This document shows, piece after piece, positions 1-9,449 of a DNA stretch of 64,000 nucleotides. This stretch comes from an uncultured Planctomycetota bacterium. Lineage in GTDB: Bacteria > Planctomycetota > Planctomycetia > Isosphaerales > Isosphaeraceae. Location of the stretch: contig CAWGMQ010000006.1 of assembly GCA_963823665.1 (NCBI GenBank), positions 1,056,001 to 1,120,000 of the forward strand, written 5' to 3'. A program made the translations under genes and the position numbers. Below the pieces are notes generated by a model. It worked only from the letters and a program-made list of their open reading frames with translations, had not been told where the DNA came from and searched no databases. The first letter of the stretch is position 1, and each line of letters begins with the position of its first letter.

Positions 1-2
1 AT

Positions 3-242
3 CAGCTCCGCTGCCTGGCGTTCACTCGCGACGGCCGTTACCTGACGGCCTCCGGTCGCGACAAAGTGATCCGCCTCTGGGATGTCACCACCGGTCAAGA
101 ATCGCTGAGCCTGGCCGGCCACGAGGCGCAAGTGAACGCCCTGGCATTTTCGCCTGATGGCCGGATCCTGGCCTCATGCAGCCACGACGGAGCCGTCAAG
201 CTCTGGCGTGCCGAGCCGATCGAGATGGTGCCGAGCCGCTGA
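3..242 (+). CDS. 3' end of a WD40-repeat protein (partial, truncated by window edge)
   Basis: Manual translation of frame 3 gives QLRCLAFTRDGRYLTASGRDKVIRLWDVTTGQESLSLAGHEAQVNALAFSPDGRILASCSHDGAVKLWRAEPIEMVPSR*, with TGA at 240-242. This contains two canonical WD40 units. Not in the ORF track because the start is missing. Confidence 0.9.
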   Translation, partial: QLRCLAFTRDGRYLTASGRDKVIRLWDVTTGQESLSLAGHEAQVNALAFSPDGRILASCSHDGAVKLWRAEPIEMVPSR

Positions 243-282
243 ATCACAGAGGAATGGGAACGCACGAGGCCGGTGGGTTTGA

Positions 283-3200
283 ATGATGGACGCATTGTTC
301 GAGACCGATGGCGAAGACGACGCGGCGGAGGCCGACTCGCTCCTGGTCGAGTGGGCCGCCGAGCTGGCCGTCCGGATTCGGGACGGTCAGTCCGTCGACT
401 GGGAAGCGCTCGCCAGAGAGCACCCCGAGCGGGCCGAGGCCATCCGCCGCATGCGGCCGGCGTTCGGGCTCATGGCCCGCATGGGAAGCTCGGTCCAACG
501 TGAGGCGCAAGATCGCGATCCAATCCCCGATCCCGTTGCCGGGCTCGGCTGCCTGGGCGACTACAAGCTGTTGCGCGAAGTCGGCCGGGGTGGCATGGGC
601 GTCGTCTACGAAGCGCACCAGATCTCGCTCAATCGCCGCGTCGCCCTCAAGGTCCTTCCGTTCGCAATGGCGCTCGATTCTCGCCACCTTCAGCGATTCC
701 AGATCGAGGCCCAGGCTGCCGCCGCACTGAACCACAGGAATATCGTGCCGGTATTCACTGTCAGTACCGAAGCCGGCGTGCCCTTCTATGCGATGCAGTT
801 CATCGAAGGCCGCAGCCTGGCTGCGGTGATCAAGGAGCTGCGCCAGCTAGACGGCCTGGAGCCGGCGCGCCCGGGGCCGGCGTGCGCGCTCACGCGCTCG
901 CTCGTCTCGGGACAATTTGCCCGGGCGCCCGAGAGCGACGGCTCCGTCGATCGCGACCCTTCCGTGGACGAGACCACCACGTCCACGCCCTCCGGGCCGG
1001 CGCCCGTCCCGGTCACATCCTCGGCCCGTGGCCGCAGCTTCATCCGCACCGTCGCCGCGTTCGGAGTTCAAGCTTCCGAGGCTCTGGAGCATGCTCATCA
1101 GCGCGGCATTTTACACCGCGACATCAAACCATCGAATCTGCTCGTCGATCCCGGCGGCCACCTCTGGGTCGCCGATTTCGGCCTGGCCCGCATCCCGGGC
1201 GAGACCAACCTGACCGTAACCGGCGACGTGATGGGCACTCCGCGCTACATGAGCCCCGAGCAGGCGCTCGGAAAGCGGCTCCTGCTCGACGGCCGGACTG
1301 ACATCTATTCGTTGGGAGCGACCCTCTACGAGCTCTTGACCTTGCGCCCGCCCTTCCCCGGCGATGATCGCCAGGAGGTCTTGCGGCTCATCGCCCAGGA
1401 GGAGCCGCGACCCCCGAGCCGCTTGAATCCAGCCATCCCGGCCCCACTCGAGACGATCGTCCTGAAGGCGATGGCCAAGGAGCCGGCGCGGCGCTACGCC
1501 GGGGCAGCCGCGCTGCGCGATGACCTCGAGCGCTTCCTCGAGAACCGGCCGGTCCTGGCGCGGCGCACGAGCCCCGCGGAGCGGTTCCGTCGCTGGTGCC
1601 GTCGCAACCCGCTGGTCGCGGGCTTGACGGGCAGCATCATGCTCCTGCTGGTGCTCGGCACGCTCGTCTCGAGCTACTTCGCCCTCCGGGCTGGCCGGAA
1701 AGCCGGCGAATCGGAGGCCAATGCCCGTCGCGCAAATCAGGAGACGTTGCGCGCCAATCATGCGGCCCGCAATGCCCGCGTCGAAGCCGAGCGCGCCGCG
1801 GAGGAAGCCGGGCGAGCGACCGAAGAAAAGCGGCGAGCAGACTACCGCCTCTACCTCTCGGAGATGAGCCTCGGTCAGCAAGCCTGGCAAGAGGGCCTGA
1901 CCGAACTGGCCCGCCAGCACCTCGACGCGCATATTCCAAAGGCCGCCGGAGACACCGATCCCCGCGGCTTCGAATGGTACTATCTCGAGCGGCTCTGCCG
2001 CCCCGAGCTCCGTACGTTTCGGGGACACCCGGCCTCGGTTCGCGCAGTGGCATTTTCCCCGGGCAGGCGCTTGATCGCCTCCGCGGGCAACGACGGCGCC
2101 GTGAGACTCTGGGATGTCGCCGGTGGTCGCGAGGTGCTCTGCCTGCAAGGACACACCGATCGAGCCAAGAGCGTGGCGTTTTCCCCGGATGGCCGCCGCA
2201 TCGCCTCCGCGAGCGAGGACGGTACCGTTCGGCTCTGGGATATCGCGGGCGGCACGGAGGTCCTGGTTTTTCGCCACCACCTCGACCAGGTCTACGGCGT
2301 GGCGTTTTCCCCGGACGGCCTCCGCATCGCCTCCGCCAGCGAAGACGGCACGGTCAGGCTCTGGAATGCGGCCACGGGAGTGACACTCTTCACTTTGCGC
2401 GGCCATGCCGACGAGGTCCGCAGCACCGAGTTCCGTCAGGGACGATCCCAGCACCGTGATGGCCTCGGGCGTGTCCACTCGGACCGAGCCGGCGGCGTGG
2501 CGTTTTCTCCCGACGGCCGCCAGGTCGCCGCCGCGGCCCGGGACGGCAGCGTGAAGGTCTGGGACGCAACGACCGGGGCGGAGGTGCTCACCCTGCGCGG
2601 ACACACGCAGGAAGTTCACGGCGTCACCTGGAGCCCGACCGGCGGCAAACTAGCCTCCGCCAGTCGAGACGGCACCGTGAAGCTCTGGAACATACAGACC
2701 GGCCGCGAGATCCTGACCCTCAAGGGACACTCGGGCGCGGTCTGGGAAGCGGCGTGGAGCCCGGACGGCCGTGCCGTTGGCTCCGCCAGCGCAGACCGTA
2801 CGCTCAAGATATGGGACGCCGTCACAGGCCAGGAGCTTCTCTCGCTACGGGGACACGCCGCCGGAGTGTGGAGCGTCGCGTTTTCGGCCGACGGCCGCTG
2901 TCTCGCGTCTGGCAGCGACGACCATACGGTCAAGCTCTGGGACACAGCTCTGGACCAGCAGGTGCTGACCGTTCGTGGTCACCTCGCCGGGGTCTTGAGT
3001 GTGGTGTTTTCCCCCGACGGCCGCCATGTCGCCTCCGTCGGCGAAGATCGCTGCGTGCGGCTCTGGGAGGTCACTACGGGCCGGGAAGTACGAGCGTTCC
3101 GCGGTCATGCAGCGCCGGTCGAAAGCGTCGCGATTTCCCCCGACGGCCGCCGGATCGCCTCCGCCGGTTGGGACCGAACTATCCGGCAATGGGAGACCAC

Positions 3201-4590
3201 CACGGGCCGCGAGCTGCCGATCCAGGACGGTCACTCCCCCTGGCTGCGGGGTGTCGCATTCTCCCCGGACGGCCTCCGCATTGCCTCGGTTCAGGATGAC
3301 TTGAGCGTGAGCCTCCGGCGCGCCGACACCGGACAGGAGCTCACCAACCTGCGCGGACACATTCTCGAAATCACGGGCATCGCCTTCAGCCGCGACGGCC
3401 GCCACGTTGCTGCCGCCGGATCGAGCGGCTCGGTGAAGCTGTGGGATGCCGCCACCGGAAAGGAGATCCTGACGCTGCGCGGCCGTGCCGGCGGAGCCAA
3501 CGGCGTGGCGTTTTCCCCCGACGGCCACCGCATCGCCACTCCGCACGAGGACGGCACCGTCGGGCTCTGGGACATAGCGACTCGCACCGAGATCCTGACG
3601 CTGCGCGGTCACGCCAGCTCGGTCAACGGCGTGGACTGGAGCCCCGACGGCCGCCGCATCGCCTCCGCGAGCGGCGATGGCACGGTGAAGCTCTGGGACA
3701 CGTCCACCGGGCAGGAAATCCTCACCCTCCGAGGGCACACCGACGAGGTCCATGCCGTGGCGTTTTCCCCCGACGGCCATCGCATCGCCTCCGCCAGTGC
3801 GGACCACACCGTGAAGCTCTGGGATGCAACGCCGCCGAACGCGGAGGATCAGGTGCTTCGCGAGGCCAGGAGCGTCGTCGAGTTCCTCTTCAAGAATGGC
3901 TGGCCCATGCCCGAGCTGCTCGCCCGCATTCGAGATGATCTCACGATCGGCGACCCGGTTCGCCAGCGCGCACTGGTGCTGGCTGAATCTCACGCGCGAA
4001 ACCTGGTATCGCACCAGGCCGAGCACGTGGTGGACGCGCTGTTCGCGAAGCCGATGCTGCGTTCAGATGTGCTCGCGAGTCTACGGACCAACCTCTCGCT
4101 CACGGAACCCGCCCGGCAGCAGGCCCTGGCCCTGGCGGAGCGCTGCTCGGAAGACGCCTGGCGGCTCAATGGTGCCAGTTGGCTCGTGGTCCGCCAGCCG
4201 GGGTCCGAGCCGGCGGCCGTGAGCCTGGCGGTTCGTCAGGCGGAGGCCGCCTGCCGGCTGATTCCGATGCACGGCGGCTTGCTCCGAACGCTCGGGGTGG
4301 CTCAGTATCGAATGGGGAAGTATGCCGAGTCCGTCGTCACGCTGAAATCCGCCGACCGGCTCAACGCTCGCGCCCACGGCGGTTTTTCAACTCCGCAGGA
4401 TTCGGCCGTTCGGGCGCTGGCGCACCGCCGCCTCGGCCAGCTCGAAGATGCCCGAGCCGCCCTGAGCCGCTTGCGCGAGTCGATGAAAAAACCCAAGTGG
4501 CAGAAGAACGACGAGGCCCAGGCCTTCCTGCGTGAGGCCGAGCTGCTGGAACAGGACCTGAACTTCCCCGCCGATCCATTTGGGCGCTGA
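283..4590 (+). CDS. Membrane-anchored Hanks-type Ser/Thr protein kinase with 14 WD40 repeats and C-terminal TPR-like helices
   Basis: Kinase motifs GRGGMG, VALK, HRDIKPSN, DFG and GTPRYMSPE. One TM helix (LVAGLTGSIMLLLVLGTLVSSYFAL), a coiled coil, then 14 GH...AFSPDG...WD repeats and a TPR-like tail (TLGVAQYRMGKY). This is a common planctomycete architecture. Confidence 0.93.
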   Translation: MMDALFETDGEDDAAEADSLLVEWAAELAVRIRDGQSVDWEALAREHPERAEAIRRMRPAFGLMARMGSSVQREAQDRDPIPDPVAGLGCLGDYKLLREVGRGGMGVVYEAHQISLNRRVALKVLPFAMALDSRHLQRFQIEAQAAAALNHRNIVPVFTVSTEAGVPFYAMQFIEGRSLAAVIKELRQLDGLEPARPGPACALTRSLVSGQFARAPESDGSVDRDPSVDETTTSTPSGPAPVPVTSSARGRSFIRTVAAFGVQASEALEHAHQRGILHRDIKPSNLLVDPGGHLWVADFGLARIPGETNLTVTGDVMGTPRYMSPEQALGKRLLLDGRTDIYSLGATLYELLTLRPPFPGDDRQEVLRLIAQEEPRPPSRLNPAIPAPLETIVLKAMAKEPARRYAGAAALRDDLERFLENRPVLARRTSPAERFRRWCRRNPLVAGLTGSIMLLLVLGTLVSSYFALRAGRKAGESEANARRANQETLRANHAARNARVEAERAAEEAGRATEEKRRADYRLYLSEMSLGQQAWQEGLTELARQHLDAHIPKAAGDTDPRGFEWYYLERLCRPELRTFRGHPASVRAVAFSPGRRLIASAGNDGAVRLWDVAGGREVLCLQGHTDRAKSVAFSPDGRRIASASEDGTVRLWDIAGGTEVLVFRHHLDQVYGVAFSPDGLRIASASEDGTVRLWNAATGVTLFTLRGHADEVRSTEFRQGRSQHRDGLGRVHSDRAGGVAFSPDGRQVAAAARDGSVKVWDATTGAEVLTLRGHTQEVHGVTWSPTGGKLASASRDGTVKLWNIQTGREILTLKGHSGAVWEAAWSPDGRAVGSASADRTLKIWDAVTGQELLSLRGHAAGVWSVAFSADGRCLASGSDDHTVKLWDTALDQQVLTVRGHLAGVLSVVFSPDGRHVASVGEDRCVRLWEVTTGREVRAFRGHAAPVESVAISPDGRRIASAGWDRTIRQWETTTGRELPIQDGHSPWLRGVAFSPDGLRIASVQDDLSVSLRRADTGQELTNLRGHILEITGIAFSRDGRHVAAAGSSGSVKLWDAATGKEILTLRGRAGGANGVAFSPDGHRIATPHEDGTVGLWDIATRTEILTLRGHASSVNGVDWSPDGRRIASASGDGTVKLWDTSTGQEILTLRGHTDEVHAVAFSPDGHRIASASADHTVKLWDATPPNAEDQVLREARSVVEFLFKNGWPMPELLARIRDDLTIGDPVRQRALVLAESHARNLVSHQAEHVVDALFAKPMLRSDVLASLRTNLSLTEPARQQALALAERCSEDAWRLNGASWLVVRQPGSEPAAVSLAVRQAEAACRLIPMHGGLLRTLGVAQYRMGKYAESVVTLKSADRLNARAHGGFSTPQDSAVRALAHRRLGQLEDARAALSRLRESMKKPKWQKNDEAQAFLREAELLEQDLNFPADPFGR

Positions 4591-4611
4591 CTGAGAGCGA
4601 CTCGGTTCGGA

Positions 4612-5193
4612 TCAATGTCCTTGCTTGAACGTGAGCGTCCCCTCACCGGTCCACCAGTATGCCGTGGGATTGGTGGATCCCAGCACGAAAGGTGCCGTCG
4701 CCGCGTACATGGTCCAGCTCCCGGTCACACCGGCGAATTTCCCCGTGCATGCGGGCAGGTACGGAACGAATTCGGCGAGAAACTGGGCGACATAGACGCC
4801 TTCACCCAGGTGGGGCATGGGGATGAGCTCGAACGTTCCCGGCTGGCTGGCACCGAATTGCGTGTTGCCGTAATAGCAGGCCAGGACATCCCCTTGCACG
4901 TCGATAAACTTGTACGGAACTGGGCTTCCAAACTCACCGGTGATGTCTCCGTTCTGCTCGAAATTCGCCGTATCGGTCGCGACTTCCCCTTCTCCGTAGT
5001 AGCCGAAGAGATCCGTCGCCAGGCCGATAGACCAGTGAGGTCGTGGTGCCTGGCCAGGCAACGGCAGGCCTTGGGGCGCGATTCCCTGACCGATGATCAC
5101 GAAAGGTACGGTCTGTGCTTGTGTCTGGTTCTGTGCAAGAGCCAGGGCGAGCGTGCAAGCGGCCAGGATGGCGAATCGTGGATTGCGAATCAT
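4612..5193 (-). CDS. Secreted hypothetical protein, possible small beta-barrel (dirigent/AOC-like motif)
   Basis: ATG at 5193 is preceded by GGAGG (cctcc at 5201-5205 on +). Sec signal peptide MIRNPRFAILAACTLALALAQ. The C-terminal CTGKFAGVTGSWTM resembles the GTGxFxGxxG motif of dirigent/allene-oxide-cyclase-like barrels. Confidence 0.75.
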   Translation of the reverse strand: MIRNPRFAILAACTLALALAQNQTQAQTVPFVIIGQGIAPQGLPLPGQAPRPHWSIGLATDLFGYYGEGEVATDTANFEQNGDITGEFGSPVPYKFIDVQGDVLACYYGNTQFGASQPGTFELIPMPHLGEGVYVAQFLAEFVPYLPACTGKFAGVTGSWTMYAATAPFVLGSTNPTAYWWTGEGTLTFKQGH

Positions 5194-5313
5194 GCTGCGT
5201 CCTCCAGGTTGGTTCAGGGTATCGCGTCGAGCCACAAGAACGTTCCGGTGGCGCCGCCTTTACCGAGATTGAATCAGGGTGTGCAGTAGAATCCTGCCAA
5301 CCGGCGGAAAAGG

Positions 5314-8300
5314 TTACACGGATTCTCGAATTTGCGGTTGATCGCCGTCCATCCGCTCTGCCTCCGGAACGACAGCTCCCAGCTCGTTAAGCAACTGCTG
5401 GCCGCGGCGGCGGTATTCCTCGGCCCGATCGGGAATGACGCGAGAGGCGTCGAGCAGGGCGCGGGCGAGTTCGTGCTTCGCTCCGTGCTTCTCGGCCGCG
5501 ACGATGGCGCGCTCGAAGTACCTTGCGGCCTCCTTGGCCTTCCCCATCGCGAACGCCGCTCGGCCGCTCACGCGGAAGGCGTGAGGGGCGATGTTCGGAA
5601 ACGTCCAGCCGAAGAAGCGGGCGACTCGGGCGACTCGCCACGCTTTCCTCGCGGTTGATCGGGTGGGGCCGCCCTCCGGCTTCGCCCAGTGAGGGCCGAC
5701 GAGGGATTCGGCCCAAATGGGATAGAGAGGGGTGCTGAACTCCATGAAGAACAGGTTCGTTCGTAACAACCGCTCCATCCCCTGGAGCAAGACGCTTGCC
5801 CCTTCGTAATCAGACGCCTGCAACCGAACAAACCCCGCCACTTGCCCTGCGACGACGACGGTCAGAGACTCGCGACCCCGCAGCAATTCGATTGCCCGCG
5901 AGACGAGCGCCTGGGCCTCGTCGGTTCGACCCAAACGGGCGAGCGCGTCCGCCTTGCCGTAAAGCCCCCAAGCCAGAACTTCGTCATCGCCGCGAGTCGT
6001 GCCGAGCAGGATTTCGGCTTCTGCCTCGATCAGTTCCTTGCCGATGTCGCCCCGCACCATGTGACTGTGCCGCAGCCAGTGATGCGTCCAGGTCGTGTAA
6101 TAGTCGGAGACTTTGTCGAGGATTTGCATCGACTCGCGGGAAAGGGTTTCGCCCTCATCGAGCCGCCCTGCGAAATAAAGGGTCGCTCCGACCTGCGCCA
6201 GCACCCGTCCCCAGGTCACGTCATGGGAACGCATCTCGACTTCGCTCAAGGCGGCGCGGCTGTAGACCCGGGCCAGCCGATGGAGACCGAAGCCTCCGCA
6301 GTTCAGTGCGAATTTCGCATGCGCCACGGCCACATGTTCAGTCCTTCCGCTCCTCTTGGCGATCGCACCAACAAGATATGATCCATGGAGGTAGGTGAGC
6401 ATGCTGCGAAGTGGAGCGATTTGAAGACACTCATAGGCGGCCGCGAATGCGATGTCCAACCCGCGCTCGCTGTCGGGGCCCTTGTACCACTGAGCGAGAC
6501 GTCGCGGTAGGCAGTGGACGAAGAGGGCGTTTCTCCAGGTGCCCAGCATCCTTCCCACGAGGCTGGTTGGACGCTGGTATCCGACCTCCTTCAGGGCAAT
6601 GTCCAGGTGGCGCAAGGCTTCGTCGAACAGCCCCTTGCGATGGTGGTTCTCGCCGATCCCGACTTCGGCCGTGGCCCGCGCGATTGGATCTTCGGCGTGC
6701 GCAAGGGCCTGAGTGTAGGCGGAGATGGCGTCGTCGAGCCGGCCCGCGCAGCCGCAGGCCCTGCCCATCATCTTCCATAGATTGTAGCGCGTCGCGGCGT
6801 CGGCATGTTCGGGCAGGAGCTTCTGGGCTTCGGTCAACTGGCCGATCGCGTTATTGAAGGCATAAGCCTCGAGCGCAGCCTCGGCCGCCTCGACCGTGTA
6901 GGCGAGCCCCTTGGACTGGTCTGCCGCGCTGCGGAAATGATCGGCCAGAACGGCCGCGGCGACGGCCTGGCCCTTCGCTCGCCGCTGTTCCAGCAGCTCT
7001 CCCACGCGCCGGTGCAAGCTCCGTCGCCGCGCTGCGGTCAAATCGGCGTAGGGCAGCTCCCGGAGCAGGTCATGCACGAACTCGACTCGGCCGGCGTTGC
7101 CCGTATCGCGGAAAACTCGGCGCGGCAAGAGCGCGTCGATCGCGTCGAGCACGTCGGTCTCGGTCAAATCGGACAGGACATCCCGCAACAGGTCAATATC
7201 AATCACGGCACCGATGACCGCGGCGGCACCCAGCACCTGCTGCGCCTTGGCCGGCAGTCCCTCGATCCGTAGCCGCATCGCGTCGCGAACGGTTTGGGGC
7301 AAGTCCGAGGCGTCGCCGGCTACGGTCGCCAGCACCCAGCCGTCGTCGCTCCGCGTGATCGCGGCTTTCTCGAACCATTCGCGCACTGTTTCCGACACAA
7401 AGAAAGGATTGCCGCCACATAGGTTGTGGAGGCGAGAGACAAGCTCGTCGGATAGCTCCTCGGGCCGGCAGTTGAGCCGCAAAGCGATCAGCTCGCGCGT
7501 CTCGCCTTGGGCCAGCGCGGCCAGCCGCAGTTCCATGACCTGGCGCCGTTCACGCAACGGGGCCATCAAGGGGTCGAGCTGCGTGTAGCCGCTCCGGGCC
7601 GAGGCGACAATCACCAGCCGGGGCCCGCCCACCGAACCGTAGGCGCCGCCCCGGCGGGCCTCGGCCAGTGCCCCCGCGAGGTGCCGCAGCAGATCGAGCG
7701 ACGACTTGTCGGCCCACTGCAGGTCTTCAAAGCTCAGACAGACCGGCTGGAGCGTGGCGATCTCGATGAAGAAAGCGGACAGGGCGCGAAAGATATAATC
7801 GGGGTCGCGGGTGAGCTCGTCGTAACGGTATGCATCGCCAGGCAGGTACTTCCGAAGTTCGGGCGCGATGCGGAGCAGCTCGCCGCTGTAGTCGCTCACG
7901 ATGGAGAGCAGCCGCATCGCCGACTCGGCCGGCAGACCGGCGACGTGCGTGCCCGTCAGGTCGAGATCGGGCGCTGCCGCCTCTCGACGCTCCTGCAAAC
8001 GCAGCTCGGCGATCAACTGGCGGATGATCTCGACAAATGGCTGAAACGGTGCGAGGTTGCCATCGAAGCAGCGCCCCTCGTAAACCTGGCAGCCATGGCC
8101 ACGGGCGATGCGCTCAGCCTCTTGCACGACGCTGCTCTTGCCGATGCCCGGCTCGCCGCTCACGACGACGAGCGACGGAGTTGCTTCGCCACCTGACTCG
8201 GGCGCTTCCGCGTCCGCGGGGCTCAGGCACGCGCGGAGAACGTCGTCGAGCGCCGCGAGCTCCTCCGCCCTGCAGACGAATCCGATCACGGACAGCATCG

Positions 8301-9384
8301 GCCGGGCGTGGCCGAGCGCCCCGGCGTAGACGGCGGTCTGGTCATCAATTCCCAGGTATGCGGTGATCGCGTTCCGCAGCAAGGCAGCCGAGTCGGGCCG
8401 GCGACGCGGCTCCTTGCGGAGGTAGCGCATCACCGCGTCGGCAATCGGGCCGGGCACGTCGGGGCTGACCTCGGCTAACGGCCGCGGCTTGTCGTTCAAC
8501 TGCGCCCGCATCAAGGCGCGCATCCCGTCCAGCCGCGCCTGCGGAAACGGATAGCGGCCCGAGAGCAGCTCGTAGCTGACCAGGCCCAGGCAGTAAAGAT
8601 CGGCGCGGTGGTCGAGCTCATCGTTGTTGAGCTGCTCCGGCGCGCAATAGGCGACCGTGCCAACGAATCCGGCCTCGGCCGACAGCGACGATTTCACGCC
8701 ATAATACTTTGCCAGGCCAAAGTCCATGAGCTTGGCCTCGAAGCCGGGCGAACCGTCGCGCCGGGTCGCGGGGCGGACCAGGATGTTGGATGGCTTGACG
8801 TCGCGGTGGACGATCCCCTGGTTGTGGATGTAGTCAAGCGCCAGCGTCACTTGCAAGAGGGGCTCGAGCACGGCGTCTACGCCTCGGCCCGCCAGGCTCG
8901 TGATGGGGCGCCCCTGGAACAGCTCCATGGTGAAAAAGGGCCCGCGGTCCAGCTCGCCGTAGTCGAATACGTTGAGACAATGCGGGTGATGCAACGTCGC
9001 CAGCGATCGAAACTCTCGCTCAAACCGGCGACGCGCTGTCCCGGCCAGCGTGCCTTTCATGAGCTTGAGCGCGATCTCGCGCCCGTCGCGCGTATCGCGA
9101 GCACGGTACACGACTCCCATGCCTCCCTCGCCGAGCACGTCCCCGATCTGAAATCGCTCGTGCCGCAGTTCATGGGCGCCGGCGATGGCTGGTGTTGAGT
9201 CCACCTGGTCGGTGGTCGCATCCGTCGGCGAGCCAGAGCCGTTCGGCCCTGGTGGCACGCCGGCGAATTCACGGGGCCTGTCGTCGAACTTGTGAAACCG
9301 TGGGTCAAGGGGCGCTGTCTCGTTCGTGGCGTGGCTTGTCGTCGGTTCGGCCCTGGAAATCGGCATTGGCTTGCCTCGGTTCAT
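5314..9384 (-). CDS. Ser/Thr kinase - STAND (AAA_16-type) ATPase - TPR protein, paralogue 1 (most divergent)
   Basis: Kinase motifs GEGGMG, HRDVKPSN, DFG and APE. Walker A GEPGIGKS, Walker B LSFEDLQWAD, STAND GGNPFF motif, winged-helix FVHDLL and TPR helices. Start uncertain (9384 or 9366). Confidence 0.9.
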   Translation of the reverse strand: MNRGKPMPISRAEPTTSHATNETAPLDPRFHKFDDRPREFAGVPPGPNGSGSPTDATTDQVDSTPAIAGAHELRHERFQIGDVLGEGGMGVVYRARDTRDGREIALKLMKGTLAGTARRRFEREFRSLATLHHPHCLNVFDYGELDRGPFFTMELFQGRPITSLAGRGVDAVLEPLLQVTLALDYIHNQGIVHRDVKPSNILVRPATRRDGSPGFEAKLMDFGLAKYYGVKSSLSAEAGFVGTVAYCAPEQLNNDELDHRADLYCLGLVSYELLSGRYPFPQARLDGMRALMRAQLNDKPRPLAEVSPDVPGPIADAVMRYLRKEPRRRPDSAALLRNAITAYLGIDDQTAVYAGALGHARPMLSVIGFVCRAEELAALDDVLRACLSPADAEAPESGGEATPSLVVVSGEPGIGKSSVVQEAERIARGHGCQVYEGRCFDGNLAPFQPFVEIIRQLIAELRLQERREAAAPDLDLTGTHVAGLPAESAMRLLSIVSDYSGELLRIAPELRKYLPGDAYRYDELTRDPDYIFRALSAFFIEIATLQPVCLSFEDLQWADKSSLDLLRHLAGALAEARRGGAYGSVGGPRLVIVASARSGYTQLDPLMAPLRERRQVMELRLAALAQGETRELIALRLNCRPEELSDELVSRLHNLCGGNPFFVSETVREWFEKAAITRSDDGWVLATVAGDASDLPQTVRDAMRLRIEGLPAKAQQVLGAAAVIGAVIDIDLLRDVLSDLTETDVLDAIDALLPRRVFRDTGNAGRVEFVHDLLRELPYADLTAARRRSLHRRVGELLEQRRAKGQAVAAAVLADHFRSAADQSKGLAYTVEAAEAALEAYAFNNAIGQLTEAQKLLPEHADAATRYNLWKMMGRACGCAGRLDDAISAYTQALAHAEDPIARATAEVGIGENHHRKGLFDEALRHLDIALKEVGYQRPTSLVGRMLGTWRNALFVHCLPRRLAQWYKGPDSERGLDIAFAAAYECLQIAPLRSMLTYLHGSYLVGAIAKRSGRTEHVAVAHAKFALNCGGFGLHRLARVYSRAALSEVEMRSHDVTWGRVLAQVGATLYFAGRLDEGETLSRESMQILDKVSDYYTTWTHHWLRHSHMVRGDIGKELIEAEAEILLGTTRGDDEVLAWGLYGKADALARLGRTDEAQALVSRAIELLRGRESLTVVVAGQVAGFVRLQASDYEGASVLLQGMERLLRTNLFFMEFSTPLYPIWAESLVGPHWAKPEGGPTRSTARKAWRVARVARFFGWTFPNIAPHAFRVSGRAAFAMGKAKEAARYFERAIVAAEKHGAKHELARALLDASRVIPDRAEEYRRRGQQLLNELGAVVPEAERMDGDQPQIRESV

Positions 9385-9449
9385 GTTGCCTTCGATACGA
9401 CGGGCCTGAGAAGACCTCACGCCCCTGTTTTCTGCTCCGGCCAGTTCAG

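Noticed and set aside
2000..3830. CRISPR-like periodic repeats (GCGTTTTCCCCCGACGGCC about every 126 nt)
   Set aside because: The periodicity is the coding WD40 repeat (AFSPDG). No cas genes or non-coding spacers are present.
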